From an archaeon (GTDB lineage Archaea > SpSt-1190 > DYHY01): a DNA stretch of 64,000 bases. Below are positions 27,173 through 37,094 of this stretch, in pieces. Both the position numbers and the translations under genes were made by a program. The stretch spans positions 26,017 to 90,016 of the forward strand of contig JAZDJS010000015.1 of the NCBI GenBank assembly GCA_043803745.1. Reading direction: 5' to 3'. The notes beneath the pieces were generated by a model that was not told the origin of the DNA, made no database searches, and worked only from the letters and a program-made list of their open reading frames with translations. How positions within the stretch are numbered: position 1 is the stretch's first letter; each line of letters opens with the position of its first letter.

Positions 27173-29923
27173 TCACTTGCTGTCGGCATTGTTCCAATAA
27201 ATCCTCGTTCTTGCGAAGGTTTTCTCCGCTTTTAGTATTTCAGAAATCAGCTCCGTGTAATCTCGCAAAGCTGATTTGGCAAGAACCCTTGCAGCGGTTT
27301 CCGGGCCAATTCCATATCCTGCAAGAACCAGGAACGTTTTTTGTCCATAGCTCAGGTAAAGATTTGCCGTTCTTTTCGATTTTTCAAGAATGCTCGCGTC
27401 CGCCTTGCTCAATGGGCCTTTCGCTGAAAGTATCGGGAGGTTTTCCCGTTTAAGAATCCCAAGTAGCTTTGAATTGCAAATAGGGCAGGCAAAATCAATG
27501 CTTTTTGCAGTAAAAATTCCCAAACCCTTCTTGCAATTAAGGCAGGCTAACTGGAATTTTTTCCTTTCCAGCCGTTTTTTGACCATTTCCCGAACTTTTC
27601 CCGCCGGAAGACCGGAGAAAACGAGTTCGGGACTATATCTTTCGATAAACCTCATTGAAAAAGGCGTCGGCGCCCCAAGTATCTCAATTTTCAAAACGCC
27701 GGATTTTATCCGTTTGACAAGTTCCCGGGTTTTTTCAATATCCAGTTTTTCGAAGAAATGTTCGTTAATTGTCTCTTCGAAAACCGGAGTCTCCGAATAA
27801 ACGTCAACAAGCCTCTGTATCGACATTTTGGAGAATACCGCATCTTTCGAAACAACCCCGAATTTCTTTGCAATCTGAATGAAACGCTGCTTGAATTGCG
27901 GACTGTTCCTGACAATTGTTCTCAGAGTCTGCCCGATTTTGTCCTCTTTAATTGAAAGAATGGTTTCCTTGATGCTTTCCTTGGAATAAGTTCCCGGAAA
28001 CTTTATGAAAATCCTATATGCATCTGTGCGAAGCCCAATCGAATCGCCATATTTTAGCGAAAAATATGCTGAAAGGAGCCTCCCAAGGGTTTCGTTGACC
28101 TTGTTTCCGAAAAAGCTCCGTATTACCACAAAGTTTTCGCCGCATTCAACCCCCAAAATAGTCTCTTGAAAGTTTCCGCACAGTTTCAGGTCATTTTCTA
28201 TCTTCTTGGCGCAATTGGCGTCGATTATCTTCAAATAGTCGGTTTTCTTCGAGGGCCAACCAGATCTAAGGCAATTAACCTCAATTGCAATGGAATAATC
28301 AACAGGCATAAGCTCTCCCGACCATTCGGGCACATTATATGCAACAGAAGTCTCCTCTACGAAAACTTTGTTGCCTTCTTTTGAAATGACCTTCCAATAC
28401 GCGCCCCGACAAATAAATGAAGCACCCAGTTCAAGTTCCGACGAGAATTCTTCATCGATTTGGGCTATTTTTTCCTTGCTCTCGAACTTTATGACGTCAA
28501 ACTTCCGGCTGTCCTTAATCATTGACAAATTGGAGAAGAAGAAGCTGAAAGCAGGCTTTTTAATCGAGATGACCCCGTTTTCGAGGATTCTCAGGATTCT
28601 GAGGTTGATAAGAAGATTGAGGATTTCAGTGAACTCCTCCCACGGAAGATTTTTGAAAGGAACCGCTCTTTTTATTGTAGCGAACGCGTTTTCAACGCTA
28701 TAGCAGCCTTCAAAGCCAATTCCGGTTAATTGATTGGCAACAACATCGAAGGAATTTTCAATAAACTCCATTGGCTCAAGGCGCTTTGAAAGGGCAAGCT
28801 TTGCAATAACCGCGGCTTCTAATGCATCATCCTCATCAATAACAACAATTTCTCCCCTTGAAATTTCCGAAAGCCGGTGCCCGGCCCGTCCAATTCGTTG
28901 AACAAGGGAATCAACACGTCGTGGAGACATATATTGGATTACCAAATCAATATGTCCGATGTCAATGCCAAGGGCGAGAGAAGATGTTGCGACAACAGCT
29001 ACAAGATCCTTGTTTTTCAGCTCTTTTTCAGTTTTTAGGCGAGATTCTTTTGACAAAGAGCTGTGATGGATACCGAATTTGCTGCTAATCGCTTTCAGCT
29101 TAGAACCGAGAATTTCTGCACTATCTCTGGTATTGACAAACACCAAAACGCCCGCATTTTCCTTTACGCGCCGCGCTATGAAGTTTATTTTTGAGTAGAA
29201 CCAATCTTTTTCCTCAGGTTCTTCAGTGTCTTGGACTTCCTCTTCAGGCCAAACAACCGATATTTCAGTCTTCTTTTGGTCTTTTGACTCTATTATCAGG
29301 ACTTCAGATTCATTACTTCCTTTTAGAATCTCTGCAACCGTCTTTGGATTAGAAATTGTTGCTGAAAGGCCGATTCTTACAAAATCTCGTCCGAGTTGAT
29401 TCTTTAGGCGTTCTAGACAAATTAACAGCTGTTCTCCTCGCTTTTCCCCTATTATTTCGTGTATTTCGTCAATTATGACGAAATCAACGTTTTTTAAATG
29501 TTCTTTGATTTTTTTCCCAATAATGATTGCTTGAAGGCTCTCAGGAGTTGTTATGAGCACGTTTGGCGGATCCTTTGTTTGCAAGGTTCTTTGGTTAGTT
29601 GGGGTGTCGCCATGGCGGATGTCAATGTCGATTCCAAGATCGTTACCAATTTCAATGATGCGTTCGAAAAGATTTCTATTCAATGCTTTCAATGGAGTTA
29701 TGTAAAGGCAAGAAATTCGTCTTTCCGGGTTTCTCGACAAAATATCAAGGATTGGGAGCATAACTGCTTCTGTTTTCCCGCTTCCAGTTTCGGAAACAAC
29801 TAAGACAGACCTTTTTTCAAGTATGTGCTTTATAGTATCTTTTTGCACATTTGTTGGTGTTATGAAGCCCCTTTTCGAAAGAATTTGTACTAGTTTTTTT
29901 GAAAGAAGTTCGAAAGACACCAC
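27173..29923 (-). CDS. lhr: Lhr-family ATP-dependent helicase
   Basis: TGSGKTEA, YITPLKALN, TTPESL, DEIH, LSAT and QRIGRAGH motifs; C-terminal zinc finger and HhH-like end. Confidence 0.92.
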   Translation of the reverse strand: MVSFELLSKKLVQILSKRGFITPTNVQKDTIKHILEKRSVLVVSETGSGKTEAVMLPILDILSRNPERRISCLYITPLKALNRNLFERIIEIGNDLGIDIDIRHGDTPTNQRTLQTKDPPNVLITTPESLQAIIIGKKIKEHLKNVDFVIIDEIHEIIGEKRGEQLLICLERLKNQLGRDFVRIGLSATISNPKTVAEILKGSNESEVLIIESKDQKKTEISVVWPEEEVQDTEEPEEKDWFYSKINFIARRVKENAGVLVFVNTRDSAEILGSKLKAISSKFGIHHSSLSKESRLKTEKELKNKDLVAVVATSSLALGIDIGHIDLVIQYMSPRRVDSLVQRIGRAGHRLSEISRGEIVVIDEDDALEAAVIAKLALSKRLEPMEFIENSFDVVANQLTGIGFEGCYSVENAFATIKRAVPFKNLPWEEFTEILNLLINLRILRILENGVISIKKPAFSFFFSNLSMIKDSRKFDVIKFESKEKIAQIDEEFSSELELGASFICRGAYWKVISKEGNKVFVEETSVAYNVPEWSGELMPVDYSIAIEVNCLRSGWPSKKTDYLKIIDANCAKKIENDLKLCGNFQETILGVECGENFVVIRSFFGNKVNETLGRLLSAYFSLKYGDSIGLRTDAYRIFIKFPGTYSKESIKETILSIKEDKIGQTLRTIVRNSPQFKQRFIQIAKKFGVVSKDAVFSKMSIQRLVDVYSETPVFEETINEHFFEKLDIEKTRELVKRIKSGVLKIEILGAPTPFSMRFIERYSPELVFSGLPAGKVREMVKKRLERKKFQLACLNCKKGLGIFTAKSIDFACPICNSKLLGILKRENLPILSAKGPLSKADASILEKSKRTANLYLSYGQKTFLVLAGYGIGPETAARVLAKSALRDYTELISEILKAEKTFARTRIYWNNADSK

Positions 29924-29965
29924 TATGCTTCCCTTAAACTAGTATAAAATCATATGTTTTTGCTG

Positions 29966-30388
29966 TTGATATCATTGACATCAATGATATCAATCTCATA
30001 TTAGTGACATTGGATTGAATCTCGGGTAACAAAAGACCCCTCACATACCACCCTCTCGAAAATTGTAGTGGTTACACATACCTAACATACCTATATGCCC
30101 ACAAGCTATCGCAACTTCAAACACATAAAAAGTCTCTAACATTTCATCTGTTTTTTTCGTATTTGTACTGCTTTCAAGGCCAAATGATGGGTTGACGGGC
30201 AGTTGATTGATTGTTTGCGGGCATTCCCTCAAGTTAGTATTGATATCATTAATGTCATTCATTTTATTGATGTCAATAACCTCATTGACTCAGAAAAAAG
30301 GCAAAGTATAAATACTTTTCCACATTTTTAATGTCAATGACCTCATTGATATCAAAAACTTTTTGATGTTGAAATAGGATTAACCTCA
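29966..30388. repeat. array of phased 9-bp repeats (consensus WTRAY(A/G/C)TCA) in AT-rich non-coding DNA
   Basis: TTGATATCA-TTGACATCA-ATGATATCA at 29966; TTGATATCA-TTAATGTCA at 30240; TTGATGTCA-ATAACCTCA at 30267; TTAATGTCA-ATGACCTCA-TTGATATCA at 30328; TTAACCTCA at 30380. Confidence 0.85.
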
Positions 30389-30403
30389 ACAACAACAATT
30401 AGC

Positions 30404-30751
30404 TTAAATTCTCTCAAAGGATAGCCCCCTACCGTTACGGAAATCGACATAAACGCGGTTCGCTCGTTTTTTTAAGCTTTCCTTGTCGAAAATGACCCTT
30501 TCGCAGCCGGGCTTCCCTTCGGAAGCCCGTTCAAACACAATCTCTCGAAAAGAAGCACATTCTGGAACTATGTGTTTGGAAGCAATATCTTTTTCAATGA
30601 AGAGCTGCGAATGAAGGAAAATAAGATCCTCCACAAAATTGCCACCGATGCAGAAACATGATTTTCTAAACCATTTGGGCGCTTTGGGAGCGAGTTCACG
30701 TTCTTTCATCCAATCAGTCAATTTCCGAGCTTCCAAACTAAAGAAAGACAA
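30404..30751 (-). CDS. hypothetical protein (possibly a remnant)
   Basis: 115-aa ORF with TTG start, no motif. Confidence 0.35.
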   Translation of the reverse strand: MSFFSLEARKLTDWMKERELAPKAPKWFRKSCFCIGGNFVEDLIFLHSQLFIEKDIASKHIVPECASFREIVFERASEGKPGCERVIFDKESLKKRANRVYVDFRNGRGLSFERI

Positions 30752-30896
30752 CGGGAGGACTCAAACCGACGGGTCCCTGATGTGTTACTTCAAGAAAAGT
30801 AAGCGTTTTTTCAGTTCCAACAGTTTCGTCCAATCAGATCGCGTTTCGACAGAATAACAGCCCTTTTTATAGTCGTCTTCAGACCTTGAAAGCAAA

Positions 30897-30972
30897 TGGT
30901 AGCCCCAGGCAGATTCGAACTGCCGTCCCAGGCTCCAGAGGCCCGTATCCTTGACCGCTAGACGATGGGGCT
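30897..30972 (-). tRNA. tRNA-Gln(CTG)
   Basis: AGCCCCA/TGGGGCT acceptor with the archaeal A1-U72 pair, CTCTGGA anticodon loop, TTCGAAT T-loop, encoded CCA. Confidence 0.95.
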
Positions 30973-31385
30973 TTCCCAGATTTCGCAAGGCGCCAACCTC
31001 TTTAATAAATCTTTGCCCCAGTCAAGACACATATTCGAAAACTTCGTTTAGTATTGGAGAGGGGTGGCCATAATATATGTTTGGAAAATGTCAAATGAAA
31101 CTAAGCATCCCTTGACAATTAACGTAACCATTGTATCGGAGCCGACAGGTTGCAAATAATTCAACAACAAACTGTTATAATTTACCCTAGTATGGTATAA
31201 AAAAATATGGTTTTCCAGTCCTAATAGGGCGAAATATCTACCTTCAAGCACCTGAAGGCGCTGTTTATTTGTTTTGTGGGCTAATATCTTGACCCTTGGG
31301 TTGGTTCGTGTCACTCAATAACGGCCTCCCTTAGATACCCCGAGGCCTGCCCCCGGTTGGAAGCTTCATTTTGGATGAGAACCCA

Positions 31386-31757
31386 TCATCCCCGCGCAAA
31401 TCTGCGCCATTTCTCAGCTTTTTCTTCAAGTTTATTTGCGAAATTATGACTTAGGAAATATCCGGAATATTTGCTTTCCCGGTCAATTAACCCCCCACGC
31501 TCAAGCGTTGAAACAATTCGATATATTGTCGCCCTTGGCCCCTGAACCTTGAGCTCCGAAGCAAACATTTGTCTGCCTGATCTTGAGTAGCATCCCGCAG
31601 CTTTCATTTCAAGTATTATCTGTATTGCAATCTCAACCTGGCTTTTTGCAACGAAATCCTCCAGAAGCAGTTTCAGGAAGTCTCGATTTCCTGAAAAGCC
31701 ATCCGTATCGGTTTTCTGAGACGAACGTTCAGTTTCCAAGAAAACACCCTCTTCCAC
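31386..31757 (-). CDS. winged-helix DNA-binding protein
   Basis: PRATIYRIVSTLERGGLIDR..Y.LS pattern. Confidence 0.7.
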   Translation of the reverse strand: MEEGVFLETERSSQKTDTDGFSGNRDFLKLLLEDFVAKSQVEIAIQIILEMKAAGCYSRSGRQMFASELKVQGPRATIYRIVSTLERGGLIDRESKYSGYFLSHNFANKLEEKAEKWRRFARG

Positions 31758-31972
31758 AAACAGACCATTTCCATATTTTTGAGACGAATATATATGTCTG
31801 CAGTTGAAGCCCCATCATTTGCCAAACCCTCCTGAAAAGAATGAAATCGCCTGTTTTTCGAGCATCGTCTCAGCTAACCGGGATTGGACTATTTATTCAT
31901 TGACCAGAGCATTCCTCTAATATTTCAAAAAAAGAAAAAGCCTAAAAGCAACAACTTGTCATAAAAAGCAAC

Positions 31973-32401
31973 ATGTCAACAACAGATTTGCCAATTTCTG
32001 AAATAACCATCAGGAAGTTCGAACGGCCCGAGAATATTGACAAAAAAGTGCTAATAAGGCGATTTTGCATTTCCCTTGGTTTGATAAATTCAGGAGATAA
32101 TCGTGCTGGCTGCGTTGACGTTTTTGAGGTAATTTTCAATTCAAAAGAACCTTTAAGTGCCGAAGAAGTGTTTGAATCGCTTGGGAAGAAACTTGCACTC
32201 TCAGGAATACGTCGGCATTTGCGGAGGCTTGAAAGAATAAGGATTTTGGAACACCGAAACTCCAAATATCAGATAGCGGAAGGTCGAAATCTCTCTTATT
32301 GCCTGAAATACGTTGTGAAGGACTACTTGATTGAAGACATTTTTAATCGGATATCAGAATACGGCGAAAAGCTTCAAAATTTGCTCGATTCGGAGAAATA
32401 A
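31973..32401 (+). CDS. winged-helix (ArsR-like) protein
   Basis: FCISLGLI, LSAEEV..., SGIRRHLRRLERIRILE. Confidence 0.75.
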   Translation: MSTTDLPISEITIRKFERPENIDKKVLIRRFCISLGLINSGDNRAGCVDVFEVIFNSKEPLSAEEVFESLGKKLALSGIRRHLRRLERIRILEHRNSKYQIAEGRNLSYCLKYVVKDYLIEDIFNRISEYGEKLQNLLDSEK

Positions 32402-32403
32402 GG

Positions 32404-32691
32404 TCACAGTTTGTCGAATGAGATATATATCCCTTCCATAGAATGTGCTATTTCTTCCCCGAATTTCGTCAAAATAACGTGTTTTATGCGCCCTTTTTTC
32501 TCGAATTCAACAAGCCCCAGTTTCTTCATATCCTGGAGAATCCGGACGCAATGGGAATACGTGCAATCAGCTTCCTTCGCAAGAATCGAGGCATATTTCT
32601 TCAGCCCCTTCAGTTTCGTTATGATTCTCGCCGGTTTGTCATGCAGAAACATTAGCTCGAGATCTTTTCTTGCCCCCATTGCCATTTTCAA
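32404..32691 (-). CDS. MarR-like winged-helix protein
   Basis: YASILAKEADCTYSHCVRIL...GLVEFEKKGRIK.V.LT..G. Confidence 0.82.
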   Translation of the reverse strand: MKMAMGARKDLELMFLHDKPARIITKLKGLKKYASILAKEADCTYSHCVRILQDMKKLGLVEFEKKGRIKHVILTKFGEEIAHSMEGIYISFDKL

Positions 32692-32793
32692 TAAACCCCC
32701 AAATTCTCCTATATTCTAAAAGATTGTGACAATCACTATATAACCGTTTTGATGCAACCATTGAGTTAGTATATTTTTACTGCAAGGATGATA

Positions 32794-33852
32794 TTAAAAA
32801 TACCACTTCAGCGCAATGTTCTTTATTATCTCCATCAAAAAGGTGAAGATTAGTCCCATAATCACAGAGGTAACAAGATTTGTCAACCCAAGAGTGGGCT
32901 CTAAAAAGTAGCTCGCAGCAGACTTAAGGACCCAAACGGAAACCCCGACAAGCACCCCTGTGTTGATGTAATGGAGCATAAGAGAGAAATTTGGGAAGGA
33001 ATCAATCGTTTTCCCGGAAACAACTGAAATGGCCGCCATCAGGAAGAAGAACAGCGAGCCGTAGAGGAACGAGAAAACCGTGTTGACAATGCTGGTGCTC
33101 CCCGCCATCTGCTCGAGTCCTTTGTAAATCGCGACGCCAACCATTACAAGGGAGACAACATACGTAAGCAAGGAAAACCTCATGAACTTGAAGGATGTCT
33201 TGAAATCGTTCACGAACCCGAGAACCGCGCTTTCAAGCTGGAAACCGCGTAGGAGCAGATAGCCGCCGACAACGGCAAAAATTATCCGCCAGCCGGACAT
33301 TCCGAAAAGGGCAAGCATTATTGCGACAATTCCCGGAACGCCAAGGACAAGCCGCGCCATTTCCTTGTCCTTCGTTATCTTCTTCAACCAATCCATTGCC
33401 GTGTAATAGGTGTTTTCAAGCCGCTCCGCCTGTTTCACTACAAGACGCCGTATCCCAGTTATCTTAATCCTCGACTGCAGGAGCGGAAGGACCTGGTCGT
33501 CCTCGGCGCCGTCAGTCACGAGGATTGCGCCGCTGTATTTTCCGCCTTTCAGAACGTGTTCAATTTGCTCGGAAACGATTCTGTCAGAAGCAACCCCGAC
33601 CTTGACCGAGCCAGTGACAACCGCAACCTCGCCCTTGACCTCCTTTGCGACCCGGACCGCCTCAAACATTGTGTTTGAATCGTTGTCAGCGGGGTCCGCC
33701 AGGGAAAGGGCAATAGCAGCTTCAAGAACCTTTCTTTCCCCGACAATTGGGCCGTCAAACTGGGTCTTCCTGCCGAGATCGTCGTCCCTATCGACGCACA
33801 TTACAATGAGCCGGTCGCTGATTTTTTCACTCTGTTGCCGCAAAATTAACAT
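32794..33852 (-). CDS. DUF373 family membrane protein
   Basis: CVDRDDDLG.K, DP.D.DSN, VTDGAEDD and VVKQA..LE.TYY motifs. Confidence 0.9.
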   Translation of the reverse strand: MLILRQQSEKISDRLIVMCVDRDDDLGRKTQFDGPIVGERKVLEAAIALSLADPADNDSNTMFEAVRVAKEVKGEVAVVTGSVKVGVASDRIVSEQIEHVLKGGKYSGAILVTDGAEDDQVLPLLQSRIKITGIRRLVVKQAERLENTYYTAMDWLKKITKDKEMARLVLGVPGIVAIMLALFGMSGWRIIFAVVGGYLLLRGFQLESAVLGFVNDFKTSFKFMRFSLLTYVVSLVMVGVAIYKGLEQMAGSTSIVNTVFSFLYGSLFFFLMAAISVVSGKTIDSFPNFSLMLHYINTGVLVGVSVWVLKSAASYFLEPTLGLTNLVTSVIMGLIFTFLMEIIKNIALKWYF

Positions 33853-34060
33853 CCTCTTTGGTTATAGTTTTCCGCTTGCCAATCCCGGCGAGCACCCCGG
33901 ACTTTGCAGCCAGCCTCTTCGCAGTTTGTTCAAGGAAGTTGTGAAGTTCCTCGACGGATTCCCGTTCGAACCGCGCCCTGCCCGCCTTTCTCATGAGCCT
34001 CACGACGCCCGCTCTTGGAAGAAGTCCCTTTTCTCTTGAATCGGAAGAACCGCCAGCCAT
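33827..34060 (-). CDS. archaeal histone (HMf-like)
   Basis: LP.A...RLMRKAG..R... and A...KRKTI..EDV histone-fold pattern. Confidence 0.85.
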   Translation of the reverse strand: MAGGSSDSREKGLLPRAGVVRLMRKAGRARFERESVEELHNFLEQTAKRLAAKSGVLAGIGKRKTITKEDVNFAATE

Positions 34061-34173
34061 TCCGCCTCTGTGCAGGCCTTCTTTTATTTAATTTTGTGTT
34101 TTCTGGCGATTTTATCGGAAAACCGTCCAATTGACGGTCACCATTATAAAATAGTCCTTCGATTCATACGGCA

Positions 34174-35016
34174 ATGCCTGTGATTTCCCCTCCAACGGAC
34201 CGGGAAGAATATCTCCGCGCCTATTACAACGCCATGAAACCCGAGGAAGTTGAGTTTCTCGAATCCCTTGAACAGACCGGAGACGGCGACCCAATAGACG
34301 TCCGGAACGCAAAGCTAGCATTTATTGCGAACCACTACTTCAATTTCGAGTTCAGGACTTGCAGCGCATTCAGACGGGGATATTTTCTTCTCGAGGAGTT
34401 GGACGAGACGGTAAAGGGAATTGACCTTGCCCCTTTTTTGAGAAGAAATAAAAAAGACGGTTTCAAGCCAGATTACCCCAAATACTCTATCACGTCAATT
34501 CGGGTTTCTCCGGAAGGGCGCAAATCCGATGACTGCTGGAAGGGTCCCAAATGCCCCGACCGGGTGCAAATCCTGCCAGACGGGACACACCTCGTCCACA
34601 AATATTACATCGACGCGCCAGCGGGATTCGAGGTGTGTTTTTCCGGAGAGCCGATATGCTACGCTTCCTTTTTTCCCTCAAGCGAAGATGCCCTCACAAT
34701 AAGGCAGCTCCAAGGCGTTCGGTTCATTGACGCCTCTCGGAGAATTTTCCGCGGAACGCGCCCCCTTGTCCCATTCAACTACAAAGGGATCCTTCTCGAT
34801 GTTTCAACCGAAATAGCAAGAGCCCTCGGATATTCCCAGATAGGAATCCAGACGGGACAGGCGCATCCCTCAACAAGGCTATTCTATCCGGAAACCGGCG
34901 CACCCCACCTCCCTCTTGAGAACGCTCTGCGAATATACGATGCCTTTGCCGAAGCAAATGGTTTCGAGCAGGGACCGGATTCCAACTGGTACAGATCCCT
35001 TGCACAAACGGGCTAG
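34174..35016 (+). CDS. hypothetical protein, C-terminal half VirK/YbjX (DUF535)-like
   Basis: L.I.QLQG...RP...LL.....A...G...I......H....YD.F....G......WY pattern. Confidence 0.45.
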   Translation: MPVISPPTDREEYLRAYYNAMKPEEVEFLESLEQTGDGDPIDVRNAKLAFIANHYFNFEFRTCSAFRRGYFLLEELDETVKGIDLAPFLRRNKKDGFKPDYPKYSITSIRVSPEGRKSDDCWKGPKCPDRVQILPDGTHLVHKYYIDAPAGFEVCFSGEPICYASFFPSSEDALTIRQLQGVRFIDASRRIFRGTRPLVPFNYKGILLDVSTEIARALGYSQIGIQTGQAHPSTRLFYPETGAPHLPLENALRIYDAFAEANGFEQGPDSNWYRSLAQTG

Positions 35017-35091
35017 CGGCCAAGCCCTCCGGGAATTTGATGCTTTTACAGGAAACCTCCAGAAAACAGATAAAAAGGCTGAGAACGGTCG

Positions 35092-36126
35092 GTGCCCATG
35101 CAGGCAGATTTCGAATCGGTTGTTAGGAAGCTTGTGGAGGATTCCCAGCTTCCGAGGGAAGAGATACTCTCATTAATCGAGGGGAAGAAAAAAGAGCTCC
35201 CCGGGCTGATTTCGGATCTCGGGGCAGCCCATATTATCGCTAACGAACTCGGGATACAGACGCTCCCCTCATTGAAAACAATCCAGAAAATAGAGGATCT
35301 AAAGCCCGGAACCCCCTCGGTCGAGCTCATTGCCCGTGTTTTGCGCGTTTATGAGAAGCGGGAATTCGACAAGGGAGGTCGAAAGGGACAGGTCGCTTCC
35401 CTGCTGATCCTTGATGAAACGGGCACAACCCGCCTTGTCCTCTGGGGAGTTCTCGCAAACCTGGCTGAAACAGTTACACAAGGGGACATTCTCAAGGTTT
35501 CCAACGCATATGTGAAGCAGGATCTGCAGGGGCGTTCCGAGCTTCACGCTTCGAACAGGACAAGAGTTGCGCTCAACCCGGAAGGGGAGGGAAAGGATCT
35601 CCCTTCAGCGTCTTCAGGACTGGCAAGCGCGGGAACATTTTCAGCAAAGGAGAAATACATTTCCGAGCTTTCAGAAAACGAGACGGCTCAGGTAACCTTC
35701 CGCGCAACAGTAATGAAGGTTTTCGACACGCGTTCGCCCTTCTACGAAACCTGCCCGACTTGCAGCAAGTCAATCAACACCTGCGCCGAGCACGACCACG
35801 CGACAACGAAGCGCGCGCTGATACTGAACATCCTTGTCGACGACGGAACCGGGGTTATCCGGGCAACCCTTTTCAAGCAGGCTGCGGAAGCGCTCCTTGG
35901 GATGAAAACGGAGGAAGCTGAGAAGCTGGCCGACCTTGCCGGCAACCCGCTTGTAATCTATGCTGCAACGAACAAGCTTATCGGAACAGAGAGGGTTTTC
36001 ACCGGTCGCGCCCGCTACAATTCGGTTTTCGAGCGGATGGAGCTTGTCGCAAACTCCGTCCTGAACGTCGATGTCGCCAGGGAAGTCGAGAAGCTTACGA
36101 AGGAACTGGAAGCAACGGCGAAATAA
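35092..36126 (+). CDS. rpa: replication protein A (OB folds plus zinc finger)
   Basis: GLISDLGAAHIIA, DETG..RLVLW, CPTC..C..H and DDGTG.IRATLF motifs. Confidence 0.9.
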   Translation: MPMQADFESVVRKLVEDSQLPREEILSLIEGKKKELPGLISDLGAAHIIANELGIQTLPSLKTIQKIEDLKPGTPSVELIARVLRVYEKREFDKGGRKGQVASLLILDETGTTRLVLWGVLANLAETVTQGDILKVSNAYVKQDLQGRSELHASNRTRVALNPEGEGKDLPSASSGLASAGTFSAKEKYISELSENETAQVTFRATVMKVFDTRSPFYETCPTCSKSINTCAEHDHATTKRALILNILVDDGTGVIRATLFKQAAEALLGMKTEEAEKLADLAGNPLVIYAATNKLIGTERVFTGRARYNSVFERMELVANSVLNVDVAREVEKLTKELEATAK

Positions 36127-36150
36127 GTGAGAAGGGTCATTAACTGAAAA

Positions 36151-36852
36151 ATGGGCTTGTCCGACGAAATGCGCGAACTTCAGGACCAGATTTACTCGGA
36201 CTACCGGCTAGGCAGCGACCTAGCAACATTTGAAAGAAGATTCCTTGGAAAAGACCGAGAAGTCGTGAAATACGGACAAGAATGTCTTTGCATAACTGCC
36301 CTGGGAAATGCAGTGGGATATCGCCCCGAAGTTCCCAGCGGCGACTTCCTTCCGGAAGTAACCGCGCTCATAGATGCAGTTGAAGAATACCGCAAGCCAA
36401 GGGAGATAGACCGTTCCGAGATGGATTTCTCATCTTCGTTGATATGCGCTCTCGTCCATGCCGTTCACGCAGCAAACGCAGATGCGGCCTACTGGATCGA
36501 ACTGCAAGATGCCCGGGGAGTGGGCCGGACAATACAGCGGGCAAAAAACTTTCAGGGACGATATCCTAATGAGTTCAGGGAAATGAAGGAAGACGGTGGT
36601 TGGGAGGAAATAGGTTATTTTGATTTCGACAAATATTTCTATGCGCTTGCACGAATATGCGCAACGGACTCAAGGAAACTACTTGCAAGCGGATCTAGCG
36701 ACCGCACGGAAACGGCCCAGAAAGCTCGGGAGCCCACCGAATATTTCAGAGCAATTGCAAAGACGGCGGAACTGGAACCTCCCGCGGATGCGGTCGCCCT
36801 CGTATCAACAGTTGAAGCGGAAATAGCAAAATATCAATTCGCCGGCTTGTGA
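36151..36852 (+). CDS. hypothetical alpha-helical protein
   Basis: 233-aa ORF with ATG start, between rpa and radA. Confidence 0.6.
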   Translation: MGLSDEMRELQDQIYSDYRLGSDLATFERRFLGKDREVVKYGQECLCITALGNAVGYRPEVPSGDFLPEVTALIDAVEEYRKPREIDRSEMDFSSSLICALVHAVHAANADAAYWIELQDARGVGRTIQRAKNFQGRYPNEFREMKEDGGWEEIGYFDFDKYFYALARICATDSRKLLASGSSDRTETAQKAREPTEYFRAIAKTAELEPPADAVALVSTVEAEIAKYQFAGL

Positions 36853-37094
36853 AGACCGAACTCCGTTCCCGCCGGTTGAGCAAAAGCCGAGTAACGGGCG
36901 AGGCCTGGCATCTCCGAGCGCGTAGCCCCTCCGCAGAGAGTCCGTGCCGAAAATAGAATTTTTCCAAAAACTATGCACCGAAGAGGTCGCTATTCCGGAA
37001 AATATACTGTTCTCCGGCAAATCGGCTGAGCAATCATGCAAAGTCGGTATTCGCAACCAAACGCCAGACAAAATGCGAATACCGGAAAGGCGCC

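Noticed and set aside
29966-30388. CRISPR array or protein-coding reading (MNDINDIN ORF) of the 9-mer region
   Set aside because: Units are 9 bp without unique spacers and there are no cas genes; the ORF is a by-product of the repeat period
31030-31385. ORB boxes or a dif site in the AT-rich gap
   Set aside because: Only 6-7-nt fragments (TTCCAG, TTGGAA) with no G-string and no 11-6-11 palindrome
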